From a virus (Duplodnaviria; Caudoviricetes), in the IMG/VR virus record IMGVR_UViG_3300027708_000013: a DNA stretch of 64,000 bases; one strand, 5' to 3'. Under the pieces are notes generated by a model. It was not told the DNA's origin. It made no database searches and worked only from the letters and a program-made list of their open reading frames with translations. The stretch's first letter is position 1, and the number at the start of each line of letters is the position of its first letter. Position numbers and translations under genes: made by a program. This document shows positions 40,082 to 50,500 of this stretch, in pieces.

Positions 40082-40560
40082 GACCACGTTTTGGAGAATT
40101 ACTAGCAGACTCAATAGAAAAAGACAAAAGAATTTATCTATTGGCCGGAGATGTAGGATTTGGTGTACTGAATCGTTCAAGAGAAATTGCACCCGATCGT
40201 GCCTACAACATGGGTGCCGCTGAACAACTGATATTAGGCACTGCTGTGGGCTTAACACACAATGGTGCCATTCCCATTTGTTACAGCATTACACCATTTA
40301 TTATTTTTAGACCCTATGAGTGGTTGCGTAACTATTTAAATCACGAACTGGCTCCTGTTAAACTGGTGGGATCAGGTAGAGATCGAGATTACGGACACTT
40401 GGGATTCAGTCACTGGGCCATCGATGACGAGGCAGCACTACAGGTATTTCCAAACATTAAAATTTACAAGCCCCGAGACAGTGCCGAACTGGAAGCAATT
40501 TGGGAAGAGTTTTTATACAACGACAAACCTTGTTACTTGAATTTGTCAAAAGCCAGCTAA
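40078..40560 (+). CDS. Split transketolase, pyrimidine-binding subunit, copy 1
   Basis: NMGAAEQLILGTAVG, SHWAIDD. Confidence 0.85.
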   Translation: MRPRFGELLADSIEKDKRIYLLAGDVGFGVLNRSREIAPDRAYNMGAAEQLILGTAVGLTHNGAIPICYSITPFIIFRPYEWLRNYLNHELAPVKLVGSGRDRDYGHLGFSHWAIDDEAALQVFPNIKIYKPRDSAELEAIWEEFLYNDKPCYLNLSKAS

Positions 40561-40571
40561 AGGAAACAATT

Positions 40572-41444
40572 ATGGCAGTTTATGACTGTATGCATTACTG
40601 GATCGAAAACGATCTATTGGAAATTAGATTTAACGAACACTGGCACCATGTTGATAAATTTGTCATTGTGGAAGCCGGAGAAACACACACAGGATTGCCC
40701 AAGTCATTCAACTTTGATCATGAGCGATTTGCTCCCTACGCTGAAAAAATTATATATAGAAAGTTTGACACGTTTGATCAAGCATACTTAGATTATCCGC
40801 ACTTGGTAGATGAGTTTGTAACTTTGGATCGTGGTACAGCACAAAGCAGTGCTGACTGGGGCCGAGATCATTTCCAATGTAATTTTATTCTACAGGCCTT
40901 GATGGATGCCGGCGCCACAGATGATGACATAGTGTATGTAAGCTGTCCAGACGAGTTGTTGCGTGGTGCTACTTTTGAAACAGTTCGTGCTGCACTGGAA
41001 CCTGTCACTGACCATGCCAACATGCCTATTATCATGTTCAAGTACATGACTTATGGGTACAAGTTTAATTTGTTGCACAAAAGTTGGGAAGAGTCAGACT
41101 CGTCCGGCATGGTATCAAAGTTGTCCACTTACAAAAAGCGTTTGCCAGCCACCCTGCGTGATCAACGCATTTGCACACACTTGATCAACAATGCTGGATG
41201 GCATTTTACATTCATGGATCAAAACGGTGGCGAAGATATTCTAGCCAAACAACGTGCATGGGCTCACAGTCGTGACCATGATCCAAAACACACTAAATTA
41301 AAGTTTGACAACACCACTAGAGAAGAAGCCCTGGCTAGATTTTTAGCTGACTATCATTTAGTAACAGTGCCAACAGAACCTGGTATGCAACCACAATACA
41401 TTTTAGATAATTACCAGCAATTTAAAAATTACTTCAGCGAATAA
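40572..41444 (+). CDS. GT17-family glycosyltransferase
   Basis: YDC...ENDLLEIRF...VDKFVIVEA...HTG; GWHFTF. Confidence 0.8.
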   Translation: MAVYDCMHYWIENDLLEIRFNEHWHHVDKFVIVEAGETHTGLPKSFNFDHERFAPYAEKIIYRKFDTFDQAYLDYPHLVDEFVTLDRGTAQSSADWGRDHFQCNFILQALMDAGATDDDIVYVSCPDELLRGATFETVRAALEPVTDHANMPIIMFKYMTYGYKFNLLHKSWEESDSSGMVSKLSTYKKRLPATLRDQRICTHLINNAGWHFTFMDQNGGEDILAKQRAWAHSRDHDPKHTKLKFDNTTREEALARFLADYHLVTVPTEPGMQPQYILDNYQQFKNYFSE

Positions 41445-41455
41445 CAGGACCTTAT

Positions 41456-42097
41456 ATGCATGCCGTTGCTTCAATTAACTTAGAAAACTATCAAGACCTA
41501 GCCGACTTGACTGACGCACCCAAGCGTGAGTATTGTGAACGTTGGGGTTATCAATTTCACGTGTTGCGTGATTCACGCTACAGTCCCATCATGGGCTTTA
41601 ATAAAATTCACTACATGTTGGACTTGTTAAACACACATCCGGACATTGACTGGTTGTTGTTTACCGAATGTGATGCTACAATAACTAACTTAACTGTCAG
41701 CATTGATGACAAGATTGATGAAGGTTATCATTTTATCATGCCAGTGGACAGATTGAATCTAAATGCTGGAAATATTTTAGTACGCAACTCACCCCAAGGG
41801 CGTGGCTATTTGCAAATGATTTTAAATCGTGAAAGTGAATACGCTGAAGCCGAATGGGCAGAACAACAGGTCATAATTGACAGTATCGAGGATTACACCG
41901 ACATAGTTAAAATTGTACCACAGAAATACATGAACAGCTACGTACAAGCACCATACGACTACTGTGATGTGCGTTGGGATATATTTGGTCTCAGTGGGGA
42001 ATGGACACCAGGCGATTGGATTGTGCATTGGCCGGGATTACACAAGCCGGTACGCATACAGCAGGCCACAGAGATGTTGACGAAAATCACAAGATGA
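41456..42097 (+). CDS. GT34-family glycosyltransferase
   Basis: EYCERWGY, TECDA, NAGNILVRNS, WAEQ, IVHWPG. Confidence 0.75.
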   Translation: MHAVASINLENYQDLADLTDAPKREYCERWGYQFHVLRDSRYSPIMGFNKIHYMLDLLNTHPDIDWLLFTECDATITNLTVSIDDKIDEGYHFIMPVDRLNLNAGNILVRNSPQGRGYLQMILNRESEYAEAEWAEQQVIIDSIEDYTDIVKIVPQKYMNSYVQAPYDYCDVRWDIFGLSGEWTPGDWIVHWPGLHKPVRIQQATEMLTKITR

Positions 42098-42912
42098 AAA
42101 TATTAATTACAGGCACTTCGGGATTTATTGGCAAGAGTTTTCAGGAACACTTTGAGCGGACCGATGAAGTTGTGGTATGGAGTAGAAACTCCATATCCTT
42201 GACCGCGGCATTGAATTTATATCAGCCCGAGTTAATATTGCACTGTGCGGCTGAGATTTACAATGCCGATGTAATGCAACAATCCAATATTGGCCTAGTG
42301 TACGAAATACTGGAATGGCAAAGACTCAATCCTGAGGCTAGAATGATCACCATTGGCAGCAGTGCCGAGTACGGTCCTGTGGATCGTGCCACCTGTGAAA
42401 CAGATAGAATCAATCCACAGAATGTGTACGAAGCTACCAAAGGTGCTGCCACGCTGTTGTGTCAAGGATATGCTAGACAGTTTGGTATACACACCTGCGT
42501 GGCACGTATCTATTCGGGCTATGGTGCCTATGAACGCCCACGCAGACTGTTTCCCACCCTGTACCGAGCATTTTTTAAAAATGAACCAATGACTATTTTT
42601 GAAGGTGTGCATGACTTTATCTACATTGAAGATTTCATTCGCGGCATTGAAATATTAATTGCACATGACTGGACTCCAGGAGAACTTGTTAACTTTGGTT
42701 CGGGAGTACAAACTACCAATTCACAAGTGTTGGCGGCATGGGAAAGAGTAACAGGACGACAGGCTCCGGTTACATTCAAAGACTCGTTTATGCGGGCACA
42801 CGATACACTGGTATGGCAATGTGACACAGCTTATGCAAGAGAAAAGTATGGATTTGAAACACAGTATACATTAGACGCAGGTATAGCAGATATAATCAAG
42901 AGACTACAATGA
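42094..42912 (+). CDS. NAD-dependent epimerase/reductase (SDR), copy 2
   Basis: ITGTSGFIG, GSSAEYG, YEATK. Confidence 0.88.
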   Translation: MKILITGTSGFIGKSFQEHFERTDEVVVWSRNSISLTAALNLYQPELILHCAAEIYNADVMQQSNIGLVYEILEWQRLNPEARMITIGSSAEYGPVDRATCETDRINPQNVYEATKGAATLLCQGYARQFGIHTCVARIYSGYGAYERPRRLFPTLYRAFFKNEPMTIFEGVHDFIYIEDFIRGIEILIAHDWTPGELVNFGSGVQTTNSQVLAAWERVTGRQAPVTFKDSFMRAHDTLVWQCDTAYAREKYGFETQYTLDAGIADIIKRLQ

Positions 42913-43520
42913 ATAAATTACAACGAAGAATATTAGAAATAACTTACCAAGAGCGACAAAGCCATTTGAGCAGTTGTTTAAGTGCCGCCCCAATCTTGGA
43001 AGAAATATACGCCACTAGACAAGAGGATGAAGTAGTGATTCTCAGTAATGGTCACGCAGGACTTGCCCTGTATTGCGTACTTGAAGAACGATACGGAGTT
43101 GATCCAGTTGCCATGTTACACAAACACGGCATACACCCCAGTAGGGATTTAGACAATCACTTGTATTGCTCCACTGGCAGCTTGGGATCAGGTTTGCCTA
43201 TTGCCATTGGACATGCCCTGGCCACTCCAGAAAAACAGGTCTGGTGTATGATCAGCGACGGAGAAGCCGCAGAAGGATCAATTTGGGAAAGTTTAAGATT
43301 TATTGCCGACTATCCTGTGGATAATTTACAAGTATATGCCAACATCAATGGCATGGGTGCATATGACATGATTGATGTGGATCCATTGGTTGCACGTTTA
43401 CAAGCATTCCTACCAAGAATCCGTATCAGACTCAGTGAACCAACTGACTTTGGATTTATTCAAGGTTTAAAAACGCATTATCACGTACTCAATGAACAAG
43501 AATATCGGAGTCTACTATGA
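42909..43520 (+). CDS. Split transketolase, N-terminal subunit, copy 2
   Basis: SHLSS, SNGHAGL, TGSLGSG, SDGEAAEGSIWES. Confidence 0.88.
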   Translation: MNKLQRRILEITYQERQSHLSSCLSAAPILEEIYATRQEDEVVILSNGHAGLALYCVLEERYGVDPVAMLHKHGIHPSRDLDNHLYCSTGSLGSGLPIAIGHALATPEKQVWCMISDGEAAEGSIWESLRFIADYPVDNLQVYANINGMGAYDMIDVDPLVARLQAFLPRIRIRLSEPTDFGFIQGLKTHYHVLNEQEYRSLL

Positions 43521-43999
43521 GATTTACATTTGCAAAATTGTTGTTAGAAGAAATGAACAGTAACTCTCAAGTCAGACTGATCACAGCCGATCTAGGCTAC
43601 GGCATACTGGACACGGTTCGCAACACACACCCTACACACAGTTACAACGTAGGTGCGGCCGAGCAACTCATGCTGGGAGCTGCCATTGGCATGGCTCAAG
43701 AAGGGTTGATTCCAGTATGCTACTCCATGAGTAGTTTTGTATTGTATCGTCCATTTGAATTTATTCGTAACTACATGAACTACGAAGGCACAGCAGTTAA
43801 ACTGGTGGGCTCGGGTAGAGATCAAGATTACGAACACGATGGCATCAGTCATTGGGCACACGACGATTCTGCTGTGTTGGCCTCTGTACCCCGTGTGCGA
43901 ATATACAAACCCGAGACTCGAGAAGAACTTGTTGACATATGGCCCGAGTTCATCAGCAATGCTGAACCCTGTTACTTGAATCTCAAACGTAAAAGTTAA
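43517..43999 (+). CDS. Split transketolase, pyrimidine-binding subunit, copy 2
   Basis: NVGAAEQLMLGAAIG, SHWAHDD. Confidence 0.85.
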   Translation: MRFTFAKLLLEEMNSNSQVRLITADLGYGILDTVRNTHPTHSYNVGAAEQLMLGAAIGMAQEGLIPVCYSMSSFVLYRPFEFIRNYMNYEGTAVKLVGSGRDQDYEHDGISHWAHDDSAVLASVPRVRIYKPETREELVDIWPEFISNAEPCYLNLKRKS

Positions 44000-44043
44000 T
44001 AAATCTACCGGGTCTCGACTGCCCAATAAATACTACATCAAAT

Positions 44044-44520
44044 ATGGAAAATCGAGTCTGTCATCAAGACCTTGAACAGGTCAAAGTGGTAAACAAGCCC
44101 TGGGGCCAAGAAAAATGGTTACAACCCACTGGTGGCAATCACACCTATGCTCTCAAAGAAATCATTCTCAATCCTGGCTATAAAACCAGCCTACAGGTAC
44201 ATCAATTCAAAGCAGAAACCAATTACATACTAGAAGGGTCGGGCGAAATGATGTACTACCGTCATGCATTTGATTGCGAACGCTATGTTGCTGGTGCTTA
44301 CACTGCTGAAGAAATTGCTGACATTGTCAATGACTTAACTGTGATAACTTACGGTCCCGGCAGTGTAATGACTATAGAACCCGGTACCATACACAGAATG
44401 AAGGCAACAACACAGTTACGCTTCGTTGAAGCCAGTACCACAGAATTGGATGATGTAATTAGACTGCAAGACGATGCCAATAGAACACACGGCCGCATAG
44501 AACAAGAACATAATAAATGA
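44044..44520 (+). CDS. Cupin, mannose-6-phosphate isomerase type II-like
   Basis: KPWG, SLQVH...E, PGTIHR, DDVIRLQD. Confidence 0.8.
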   Translation: MENRVCHQDLEQVKVVNKPWGQEKWLQPTGGNHTYALKEIILNPGYKTSLQVHQFKAETNYILEGSGEMMYYRHAFDCERYVAGAYTAEEIADIVNDLTVITYGPGSVMTIEPGTIHRMKATTQLRFVEASTTELDDVIRLQDDANRTHGRIEQEHNK

Positions 44521-46055
44521 AACAATTAACAGTATTAATATTGGCCGCTGGATATGGGCGACGCATGGGTCCGTTTAGTCGCATCATAAACAAAAGCCTA
44601 GTTCCTTACAACAATAGACCTTTGATCAGTCACATATTTGATCAATTTGACAACTCCACTACACAATTTGTTGTTGCATGTGGACACATGGGGTCGCAGG
44701 TCAAAGACTACGTTGGTGCAGTACACGCAGATAAATGTGTTGTGTTTGTGGATATTGCAGACTATGCCGAGGATCACACCGGTCCAGCCACCACCATACA
44801 GCACTGTCAAGAATATTTAACTGGTGCATTCATGTGGGTCAGTTGTGACACTGTATTTGAATTTGATTACCAAGACAAGTTAGATCACAATTGGATTGCA
44901 GTACATCCAGTGGACAGTGGTGTGAGCCAAGACTACTGTTGGGTGACAAGAAACGGTGAAACCATTGTGGATGTAAAAAACAAACAGGCCAGCAGTCATG
45001 CTGTTGATGCATTCATTGGTTTAATGTACTGCAAAGATAGAGAATATCTTGATAACTTGATTGCTGTGAAAGCCCGTGCACCGCACGAAGGCTTTGGGGG
45101 ATTAGATCTACAGGCACACACAGTTGCCCACTGGTTGGACTTTGGTACATTTGAAAAATGGCAAGAGCTAACTGTTGATAATCCTGAAACTGGATTTGCC
45201 AAAACTGATGAATTATTTTATGTAGACAACCATCAAGTTATTAAATTCAATGCGGATGCAGAGTTGGCCGAAAGAAAATTAACCAGAGCAGAACTCAATG
45301 CCGGCTGTATGCCTGAGAATGTTCGTGCTGCGGGACAATTTCTTGTGTACAATCGTGTGCCCGGCGGTACCATGTATGAATACGCTAGTCCTGATCTAAT
45401 GGATCAATTATTGACTTGGTATCAGACTGCTGTTTGGAAGCCGCGTTGGTTCCCAAACATTGAACAATATTGCGAAACATTTTATCAACAAAAAACACAG
45501 GATAGACTACAACAGTTTAGAATAAAGTATCCCGAATGGGACGAACCCTCTGTGATAAATCAACGAACAGTTAAATCGGCCGATGAGTATGTTGCAACTA
45601 TTGATTGGCCGTACTTGTGCAACACAGTGGAGTGGAGATTCGTCCACGGTGATGCTCATTGGGACAATGTGATTTACAATCCTGCAGACAGTTCATTTAC
45701 TGCAATTGATTGGCGCACTGACTTTGCTGGCAGTAACTATGGCGATGTGTATTACGACCTAGCCAAAATGAGCTGTGGTATATCTTGTGATTTCCAAAAA
45801 TTAAAAAATAACGCTGTTGGTTATGTAGAATCTGCAGACGGTGTTACATTAGACATACCGGCTGTGGATCGGTGCAGTTTATATCAAGAAAAACTGCGAA
45901 ATTGTACAGAAAAGATGGGATTAGACTGGCGTAAGGTACAATTATTAGTGCCGTTAATTTACTTGAACATCAGTGCCCTGCATGGTGAACCCTATGATAA
46001 GTTTTTATTTAATTTGGCTAGATTAAAATTTGCGGAGTACTTGGATGGAATTTAA
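44517..46055 (+). CDS. Nucleotidyltransferase fused to an APH/choline-kinase-like phosphotransferase
   Basis: LAAGYGRRM...NKSLV; HGDAHWDNV, IDWR, YYDLAK. Confidence 0.8.
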   Translation: MKQLTVLILAAGYGRRMGPFSRIINKSLVPYNNRPLISHIFDQFDNSTTQFVVACGHMGSQVKDYVGAVHADKCVVFVDIADYAEDHTGPATTIQHCQEYLTGAFMWVSCDTVFEFDYQDKLDHNWIAVHPVDSGVSQDYCWVTRNGETIVDVKNKQASSHAVDAFIGLMYCKDREYLDNLIAVKARAPHEGFGGLDLQAHTVAHWLDFGTFEKWQELTVDNPETGFAKTDELFYVDNHQVIKFNADAELAERKLTRAELNAGCMPENVRAAGQFLVYNRVPGGTMYEYASPDLMDQLLTWYQTAVWKPRWFPNIEQYCETFYQQKTQDRLQQFRIKYPEWDEPSVINQRTVKSADEYVATIDWPYLCNTVEWRFVHGDAHWDNVIYNPADSSFTAIDWRTDFAGSNYGDVYYDLAKMSCGISCDFQKLKNNAVGYVESADGVTLDIPAVDRCSLYQEKLRNCTEKMGLDWRKVQLLVPLIYLNISALHGEPYDKFLFNLARLKFAEYLDGI

Positions 46056-47022
46056 ATTAGGCTTTGGGCCTATGAGTGAAGTAATTGTTGATACCTTGGC
46101 ACAACATGCCAGAGATCATCAACAACCCACCATGATCATTGCCAGTCGTAACCAAGTGGATGCTGACTCGGGTTATGTAATGACCACACAGCAGTTGGTC
46201 AATCAGTTACAGCCTGTCACTAGTGAATATTTAAAAATATGTAGAGACCACTGTGGTCCATACTTTTTAGACAGTGAACGCAACTTGGGCATACGAGCCG
46301 CTGTGGCCGCAACCAAACGCACCATAGCACAAGATATTGAATCAGGATTTGATTTAATACACATTGACACCAGTAGATGTGATCAAGAATATCACATTGC
46401 CGACGAGCTAATAAATTTTTGTTTGAGATTAAATCCCAATATTGAATTTGAGTTTGGCACAGAAGAGAACATTGGAGTTGCTGCCAGCGCCACCAAGTAT
46501 CAAGTTGATGTACGGTTTGCTGCACAGTATCCCAACATGCAATATGTAGTGGCACAAACCGGTAGCTTGACCATGGAAGATCGTCAGGTTGGCAGTTTTG
46601 ATGTGGGCATGGCTCAAACCTTGGTCAACTATGCTGTAACTGCTGGTGTAAGACTTAAAGAACACAATGCTGACTATCTCACCGCAGAACAAATACAATT
46701 GAGACGAGCCGCAGGTGTTCATGCACTTAACATAGCACCACAGTTGGGTGTTGTGCAGACTAAAACTATTTTGTCATTGTCTGATGAATTTGGCGTAGAT
46801 GCCACAGAATTTAAACAAGCTGTGTTGAGCAGTGGCCGTTGGAGTAAATGGTACATCAGTGGTGACGATGAATTAAAAGTTGCTGTGGCCGGACACTATT
46901 GCTACCATACTCAAGAGTTTTTAGAATTAACCGAACAACTACATTTAATGACAGACTGGGAAAGTAGGGTCAAGACTGCCATTGCCAACATACTAACTAC
47001 ATACTATGATAATATTCGTTAA
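46045..47022 (+). CDS. GatZ/KbaZ-like (tagatose pathway) TIM-barrel protein
   Basis: IASRNQVD, RDHCGP, GFDLIHID. Confidence 0.7.
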   Translation: MEFKLGFGPMSEVIVDTLAQHARDHQQPTMIIASRNQVDADSGYVMTTQQLVNQLQPVTSEYLKICRDHCGPYFLDSERNLGIRAAVAATKRTIAQDIESGFDLIHIDTSRCDQEYHIADELINFCLRLNPNIEFEFGTEENIGVAASATKYQVDVRFAAQYPNMQYVVAQTGSLTMEDRQVGSFDVGMAQTLVNYAVTAGVRLKEHNADYLTAEQIQLRRAAGVHALNIAPQLGVVQTKTILSLSDEFGVDATEFKQAVLSSGRWSKWYISGDDELKVAVAGHYCYHTQEFLELTEQLHLMTDWESRVKTAIANILTTYYDNIR

Positions 47023-48100
47023 CTGCAAAATAACCGACGTTAAACGTCCTGGATCACCCAACTACGATAGATTTAATTTACCACCGGTGCCAAGATTTGA
47101 CGTGGCAAGATATTGCTTTGCCAGCTTTGCTCCACTGGCACCCATTGTTAGTAGATTTATCTTTTATCTTGAAATGGCAGATGGATATGCTGGACAAGAA
47201 GCAGAGATGGAAGCATGGTTGCGTAGTACGTTGCCCGAAGATAAACTGAGTTTATACTGGCACAGATGCAACAACATCAGTGCGTGGCGCCAGGCTGCAG
47301 AAGAAATCAATGCTATCGATGATGACATGGTATATCCTGTTGGCAACGATGATCATGCGTTTATCGACAGTGATATTGCGTTATTCACACAGGGCATAGA
47401 GGCTGTCAAACGGGATCCAGATCCCTATGCAGTGCTGATGACCGGACACTATCCCGAGTTTATGCGTTACGCCAGCAGACTGGGTGGACATTTAGATGAT
47501 AGTGGCAACTTTGTAGTGTTTAATGATTTGAACTTTGATGCCATGCGTGTGATGAAAAAAGATCATTTCAATTGGCATTTAACTGCCATCACAGATGACA
47601 GTATATTGTTGTTTAGAACCGAAGGTTGGTTTTGTTTGGGCCACACGTATCCAAGGAATACTATATACCTGGCCGGGCGGGAACAGTTTAGACACTTTGA
47701 TGGATTTTTTCATGTGGGAGTTACACCAGAAGTATTTCCAGCATTGGAAATTCCTCCAGGATTTTTTCAACGTGAGATGCATGTTAGATTTGGATTTGAT
47801 GATATAGATAGATCTGCAGTGAATGTCAATCCCTGCACAGAGAGATTTAAATCTGTGGACTGGGAATCCGGAGTTGAATTTAAATGTATGTTGGAAGATT
47901 TACCAGCGTTCTGGCAACCGTTTGTAAAAGAAATCTCTGTCAATCCCGAGGCAGATCGTGTTGCTATGATTGTGGCACGAAATGAACAGTACACAAAAAT
48001 GATGAATTGTTCATTGGGGTCGTATCAAGGTGACTTCAATGAATCTAATCTCAGTCCCCAATCCTGGGTACAAAATCAAATGTTAAAAACAACTTTCTAA
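47006..48100 (+). CDS. Hypothetical protein
   Basis: ORF track; last gene of the sugar operon. Confidence 0.65.
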   Translation: MIIFVNCKITDVKRPGSPNYDRFNLPPVPRFDVARYCFASFAPLAPIVSRFIFYLEMADGYAGQEAEMEAWLRSTLPEDKLSLYWHRCNNISAWRQAAEEINAIDDDMVYPVGNDDHAFIDSDIALFTQGIEAVKRDPDPYAVLMTGHYPEFMRYASRLGGHLDDSGNFVVFNDLNFDAMRVMKKDHFNWHLTAITDDSILLFRTEGWFCLGHTYPRNTIYLAGREQFRHFDGFFHVGVTPEVFPALEIPPGFFQREMHVRFGFDDIDRSAVNVNPCTERFKSVDWESGVEFKCMLEDLPAFWQPFVKEISVNPEADRVAMIVARNEQYTKMMNCSLGSYQGDFNESNLSPQSWVQNQMLKTTF

Positions 48101-48571
48101 TAGAACCAGTGTGGCTAGTACATCACCTGTGTGATATATAGCCTGACCACCTGCACCACGCCATTCTTCAATGTTACTGGGTCTATCATCAATCAAAATG
48201 TCAAAGGGTTGGCAATGTTTCCATTTGTCATTGCTGTAGGGACCAAACCATACAGGGATGCCGGGAAAGTATTGATCGGCCCAGGCTATCTTATCCCAAA
48301 AAGCCCACGGAAAATCATTTTGATGAGGCACAGCAGTTAAGAACTTCAAATCCCACTTGTGTTGTTGTGCTATTGCCCGTGACGCACTTACTAATAATTC
48401 TGCATTGGCACACAGTGGCAACTCCTTAAATAATCTAGGATGAGCTAAAACTTTAGTCCAATCCTCTTGAGTGTAGGGCTCAAAGCCCTGCTGATGACGT
48501 CCCAGTATTGGATCTACACGGGCATTCCAATCGGCCACTACGCCATCCATATCTAAGTAAATGGTATTCAT
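48083..48571 (-). CDS. HAD-family 5'(3')-deoxyribonucleotidase
   Basis: IYLDMDGVVAD and LIDDRPSNIEEW. Confidence 0.85.
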   Translation of the reverse strand: MNTIYLDMDGVVADWNARVDPILGRHQQGFEPYTQEDWTKVLAHPRLFKELPLCANAELLVSASRAIAQQHKWDLKFLTAVPHQNDFPWAFWDKIAWADQYFPGIPVWFGPYSNDKWKHCQPFDILIDDRPSNIEEWRGAGGQAIYHTGDVLATLVLLESCF

Positions 48572-48582
48572 CTTACAATATA

Positions 48583-48747
48583 TTATTCTGCTGTTTCGTC
48601 GCGAGCCACACGTTCACCAAGATACTGTTTGACCACACGAACTAATTTACGTTCTGTATCGTATACAAATTCTTGTGTGTCTTCTTCGGTATTGACTACC
48701 AAAATAAAACCATTTGCCGCTCTGCGGATTTCTAAACTTTCAAACAT
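48583..48747 (-). CDS. Small hypothetical protein (54 aa)
   Basis: Manual translation MFESLEIRRAANGFILVVNTEEDTQEFVYDTERKLVRVVKQYLGERVARDETAE; AGGA RBS. Confidence 0.65.
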   Translation of the reverse strand: MFESLEIRRAANGFILVVNTEEDTQEFVYDTERKLVRVVKQYLGERVARDETAE

Positions 48748-48808
48748 AGTGATTCCTTTAGTGTTATGATACTACTATTGTAACACAAAAATCTCGTTGT
48801 GTCACGGC

Positions 48809-48985
48809 TTATCTACCACGGCCTGCAGATTTTTTAGCCGGTTTATTGCCCTGTACCTGAGCACCAAACTTGGCTTTTTGTACCTGTGCTGTCTTGACAC
48901 CGGGCACACTGGGATTGGCGGCTGAGTTTTTGGCGGCCTGTGCGGCTGCTATAAATGGATTTTTGCTTTTCTTTTCTTCGGTCAT
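48809..48985 (-). CDS. Small basic Ala/Lys-rich protein (start revised to 48985)
   Basis: MTEEKKSKNPFIAAAQAAK...; TTGACA-17-TATACT promoter upstream. Confidence 0.6.
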   Translation of the reverse strand: MTEEKKSKNPFIAAAQAAKNSAANPSVPGVKTAQVQKAKFGAQVQGNKPAKKSAGRGR

Positions 48986-49077
48986 GTTATTATTCTGTAG
49001 TAGTGTGTACAGTATATAATTAAAATATCGTTTTGTCAAGTGAAAATAAATATTAAACACTCCTGGTATACTCCCAA

Positions 49078-50388
49078 ATGCAAAAAATCGAACACACTTC
49101 CCATGCTGGTATTAATTTTGAACCTAACAAAAAATTAGGTTATTACCTAGTGGGTAATGGCATTTACTACAACAAAATACAAGCACTGATAGAGGCATCA
49201 AAGAAAAACTTAAAAGTCAAATGGTTTTTTAACGAAGATGTATTTGTTAAATATCCCTGGCACATAGAACCCGAAGAAAGCCTGCGTGAATTATATCGTC
49301 AACGTGCTCAACAACTCCGAGACCAATACGACTACATTAGATTAGAGCTCAGTGGCGGGTCAGACAGTACCACTGTGGCCTATAGCTTTTTACTTAATAA
49401 TATACATTTAGATGAGGTGGTGTTTCGATATCCCAAGACCGGCGAACGAGGTGTAACAGGAGATCCGTCCAATACTCGAACCGAAAACACACTGAGCGAG
49501 TGGGAATTTGCAGCAAAGCCCTTGTTAAATTGGATTGCTACCAATTATCCCAAAACAAAAATCACAGTACACGACTACAGTGAAGATATGATTGCCGAAG
49601 CCGACACTAAGGATGAATCATGGATTTTTCGAACTCGACATTATTTACAACCCGGGCACATACATAAATTTGACGATCGCCATATATTAAAACATCGGCG
49701 TCAAATTGATCGCACCAATAAAATGTGTTTATTGTATGGTGTTGATAAACCCAAAATTTTTATCAAAGACAATAAATTCTTTTTTTACTTTCAGGACGGA
49801 CTTGCCAGTTACACCAACGAAATTGCGGCAGAAACATCTGGTGTTGTGAATGAATTCTTTTACTGGGCACCAGAATGTACCAAATTAATAGCCAAACAAG
49901 CACACGAAGTAAAACGTTGGTTCGCGATGCCTCAAAATTATCAATTTATGTCAAGCACGTTACAATGGCCCAACGACGATTTTGCCAAACGTACTTTATA
50001 TGAATCGTTAGTAAAACGTATTGTGTATCCCGATTACGATTTTCATACCTTTCAAACTGCAAAGCCCACTAACAATATATACAACGAAATGGACCATTGG
50101 TTCCATGTCAATTTTAAAGATACACAATTATACGGTTCGTGGGAGGCCGGGATTGGGTATCTATTAGATAACATTGATTCTCGTTTTATTAGCCAAGACA
50201 TTAGAGGAAGAACAGACAATATAGAAATGTTTAGTAGCATATATTATTATTTTGGTGATGTTGCCATTGACAAAACTATTAGTCCAAATGCTGGTTTTAA
50301 AACTAAATCTGTAATCAAAGAATCCAGAAAAGCATGGCTTGCAAGTCAGTATCGGTATTGCATACACGGAAAAATAATAATTTACTAA
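49078..50388 (+). CDS. PP-loop (adenine nucleotide alpha hydrolase) protein, paralogue 1
   Basis: LELSGGSDS PP-loop; late motif AATAAATA. Confidence 0.75.
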   Translation: MQKIEHTSHAGINFEPNKKLGYYLVGNGIYYNKIQALIEASKKNLKVKWFFNEDVFVKYPWHIEPEESLRELYRQRAQQLRDQYDYIRLELSGGSDSTTVAYSFLLNNIHLDEVVFRYPKTGERGVTGDPSNTRTENTLSEWEFAAKPLLNWIATNYPKTKITVHDYSEDMIAEADTKDESWIFRTRHYLQPGHIHKFDDRHILKHRRQIDRTNKMCLLYGVDKPKIFIKDNKFFFYFQDGLASYTNEIAAETSGVVNEFFYWAPECTKLIAKQAHEVKRWFAMPQNYQFMSSTLQWPNDDFAKRTLYESLVKRIVYPDYDFHTFQTAKPTNNIYNEMDHWFHVNFKDTQLYGSWEAGIGYLLDNIDSRFISQDIRGRTDNIEMFSSIYYYFGDVAIDKTISPNAGFKTKSVIKESRKAWLASQYRYCIHGKIIIY

Positions 50389-50500
50389 TTAGCAAAGAGT
50401 TTGATATTCGAACTTGCAATGCAGTTGCCTGCACAGTTTACAATTAAAATATTGGTTTGTCAATTGGGAAATAAATATCAAATAATACTCGTACTACTAA

